Shown here: positions 62,002 through 64,000 of the stretch, one piece after another
How the letters are laid out: every line of letters starts with the position of its first letter
Numbering within the stretch: position 1 is the stretch's first letter
Source of the DNA: an uncultured bacterium
GTDB taxonomy: Bacteria; Babelota; Babeliae; Babelales; Babelaceae
Length of the DNA stretch: 64,000 bases
Direction of reading: 5' to 3'
Assembly (NCBI GenBank): GCA_963819815.1
Contig: CAWFXL010000001.1
Span: 1,024,001 to 1,088,000, forward strand
Translations under genes and position numbers: made by a program
Notes under the pieces: generated by a model
The model's input: only the letters and a program-made list of their open reading frames with translations
The model's database searches: none
Told to the model about the DNA's origin: nothing

Positions 62002-63324
62002 ATGAATAGATTGCTCACGGCGATGATACTCTTAAATTGCTCACTCGATGCAAAAGACCTTATCACTGAGATCTCGGTTACTAAGAACCGTCTTTCGATA
62101 CGAGTAAACAAGGAGTTTAAAAAAAAGTATCTTACCGGAGACTTTTTTGTTGAATATGAGCCTGATATAAGCCTCGAGAAGTTTGATTACTCGATCCTCA
62201 GTATGCCCTTTCTTATGAATGTAGTTTCTATTGTCTGGATCTCAGGCGAAACCTACTATCTGGATGAGATGGATGCCGAACTCTATGAATCACTCAAACG
62301 GGTAAAGAAAGTCTTTGAGGTTATGTATCCAAAAACTTCGTGGCATGGTGAACTCAAAGCTCGCAAGCTGGTGCCACATCAAAGACCCTTTTCTGAAGAT
62401 CCCACGACAACGGCTGTCCTTTTTAGTGGAGGTGTCGATTCTGTTTCTGCAGCACTAGGACTTCGAAATAAGAAACTGCTCCTTATCACCGCATGGGGTC
62501 ATTGGGATCTTCCGCTTTCAAATAAGGACCTTTGGAAAACTCGTTCCCGAAAAATTCAGGAACTTGGAGAGAGTTTCGGTAATAGAACAACATCCCTACG
62601 TTCAAATTATACTTCTATGCTGAACTACCAGTATCTCTCACAACTTTCTCCTGAGATACCTAAGTGGCGCCTCGGCGCTGTTGAAGGGCTTGGCTGGGCA
62701 GGCTTAACTGCTCCTATTCTTTTATCTAAAGGGATTACCACCCTCCACATTGCTTCTTCACATACCTGGTGCTATCCCTATCCATCTGCAGCAAGCCCCT
62801 TCATAGATAACAATCTGAGATTTTGTGGACTAAGAGTACTACATGATCAATTCAACCTCACCAGACTTCAAAAAGTAGCCTATATCGATGCGGTATATAA
62901 TAAGCTTGACTTAGAAAAGCCCTTTTTAAAAATATGTAGCTATGAAAAGTCTCAGGATGGCAACTGCCAGGAATGCCGGAAGTGCTTAACCACAATTCTC
63001 TGCTTTGAAGCGCTTGGCATCGATCCTTGCCAGTACGGGCTTCCAAACAGCGCTGGCATCTCACAGAAGATTCTTGCCTTGTTTAAAGAACCTAAGCTTA
63101 ATTACTACACGATCGTACTTGGTAAAGAAATTCAAGAGACTATATATAAATGCAAGGCTCAAGGAGTTTCTCTTGATCTCTATCTTGAAAAGTTTCTGAC
63201 TATTAATTTTGATACCAAAGTTGCTTTCGATATAGCACCACAAGCCAAACTGGATTGGTCAACTATGATCTCTCTTCTTCCTCAAGATCATGGCCTTGAA
63301 ATACCTCAGATGACCTGCTCATGA
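62002..63324 (+). CDS. Exported PP-loop protein with Cys cluster, paralog 2
   Basis: Signal peptide ending LDA; VLFSGGVDS; KIC-x8-NCQECRKC. Confidence 0.78.
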   Translation: MNRLLTAMILLNCSLDAKDLITEISVTKNRLSIRVNKEFKKKYLTGDFFVEYEPDISLEKFDYSILSMPFLMNVVSIVWISGETYYLDEMDAELYESLKRVKKVFEVMYPKTSWHGELKARKLVPHQRPFSEDPTTTAVLFSGGVDSVSAALGLRNKKLLLITAWGHWDLPLSNKDLWKTRSRKIQELGESFGNRTTSLRSNYTSMLNYQYLSQLSPEIPKWRLGAVEGLGWAGLTAPILLSKGITTLHIASSHTWCYPYPSAASPFIDNNLRFCGLRVLHDQFNLTRLQKVAYIDAVYNKLDLEKPFLKICSYEKSQDGNCQECRKCLTTILCFEALGIDPCQYGLPNSAGISQKILALFKEPKLNYYTIVLGKEIQETIYKCKAQGVSLDLYLEKFLTINFDTKVAFDIAPQAKLDWSTMISLLPQDHGLEIPQMTCS

Positions 63325-64000
63325 AGAACAATCGAAGAGGTATCCTAATCATACCTATTCTCATTGCGTTCCCATCTTTGCATGCTCACAAGCCAATACC
63401 GCTCATTGACAAGCTCACGGTTCATAAGAACCGAATCGACGTAACCGTCAATGAAAGCTTTAAAAAGAAGTATTTAAAAAGTGATTTTTTTGTTGAGTAT
63501 GACGAAGATATTAATCTTGAACAGTTTGATTACTCAATTGTCAGCCTACCCTTCCTTATGAATGTGCTCTCGCTTATATGGATCTCAGGGGAAGACTATC
63601 TCATTGAAGAAATGGACAGGGAAGTATATGAGTCTCTTGAGCGACTTCATCCTGTGTTTGAGATTATGTTCCCTAAAACCTCTTGGAAAGGACATCTTAT
63701 TCCCCAAAAGCTCGTTTCCCATGAACCTGTCAAAGAAAAAGTTCCCGGAAAAATAGCATTACTTTTTAGTGGTGGTGTAGATTCGACAACTTCTTCATTC
63801 TATCATCGCAAGACTCCACAGCTCTTAATTACCGCATGGGGCCAAAGCGAGCTTCCTCTTAACGAGCAAACACTTTGGACGAGGAAAAAGCACCAGATGA
63901 TCGATTTTGCAGAACTCTATGGCCATGAAAATGCTTTCCTCAAGTCGAATTACTATTACTTTCTTGATTTAACCAAACTGAAACACCTTTCGCCTGAGAT
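63321..64000 (+). CDS. Exported PP-loop protein, paralog 3 (3'-partial, absent from the ORF track)
   Basis: ATGA overlap; MKNNRRGILIIPILIAFPSLHA signal; IALLFSGGVDS; frame open to the window end. Confidence 0.8.
   Translation, partial: MKNNRRGILIIPILIAFPSLHAHKPIPLIDKLTVHKNRIDVTVNESFKKKYLKSDFFVEYDEDINLEQFDYSIVSLPFLMNVLSLIWISGEDYLIEEMDREVYESLERLHPVFEIMFPKTSWKGHLIPQKLVSHEPVKEKVPGKIALLFSGGVDSTTSSFYHRKTPQLLITAWGQSELPLNEQTLWTRKKHQMIDFAELYGHENAFLKSNYYYFLDLTKLKHLSPE

Noticed and set aside
60632..64000. Calling the PP-loop paralogs queC or a Qat-type defence system
   Set aside because: They are much longer than QueC, carry signal peptides, and have no que or qat partner genes nearby

Overview
A 64-kb bacterial chromosomal segment, probably from a reduced-genome, host-associated lineage. 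The many signal-peptide proteins and eukaryote-like domains suggest Ca. Dependentiae/Babelota (TM6) or similar; this is inference only. The housekeeping backbone is tyrS, a deoxynucleoside kinase, alr, an RlmB-like methylase, ftsQ-like/ftsA/ftsZ, alaS, pth, Skp/OmpH, ssrA (tmRNA), two FKBPs, proS, smpB, tsaD, rho, secF and rpmA. Four things stand out. (1) A three-gene overlapping operon (7202-11845) encodes an exported PPP-like pseudophosphatase, a pseudophosphatase fused to a type I periplasmic binding protein, and a pentameric ligand-gated ion channel. (2) Eukaryote-like exported proteins include a cPLA2-type phospholipase and a protein with a RING finger inside a Josephin-like domain lacking its catalytic residues. 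(3) A dispersed set of glycan-modifying enzymes (GMD, an epimerase, GT2 and GT4 glycosyltransferases, methyltransferases, three PP-loop paralogs) nearly all carry signal-peptide-like N-termini. (4) The hdeD-pth-ompH...ssrA-fkbp segment is duplicated in tandem (junction 35567/35568); the copies differ mostly at synonymous sites and hold different glycan-gene cassettes. Remnants of six IS families are present. No CRISPR array, rRNA or tRNA was seen. All assignments come from motif reading by eye, not database searches.
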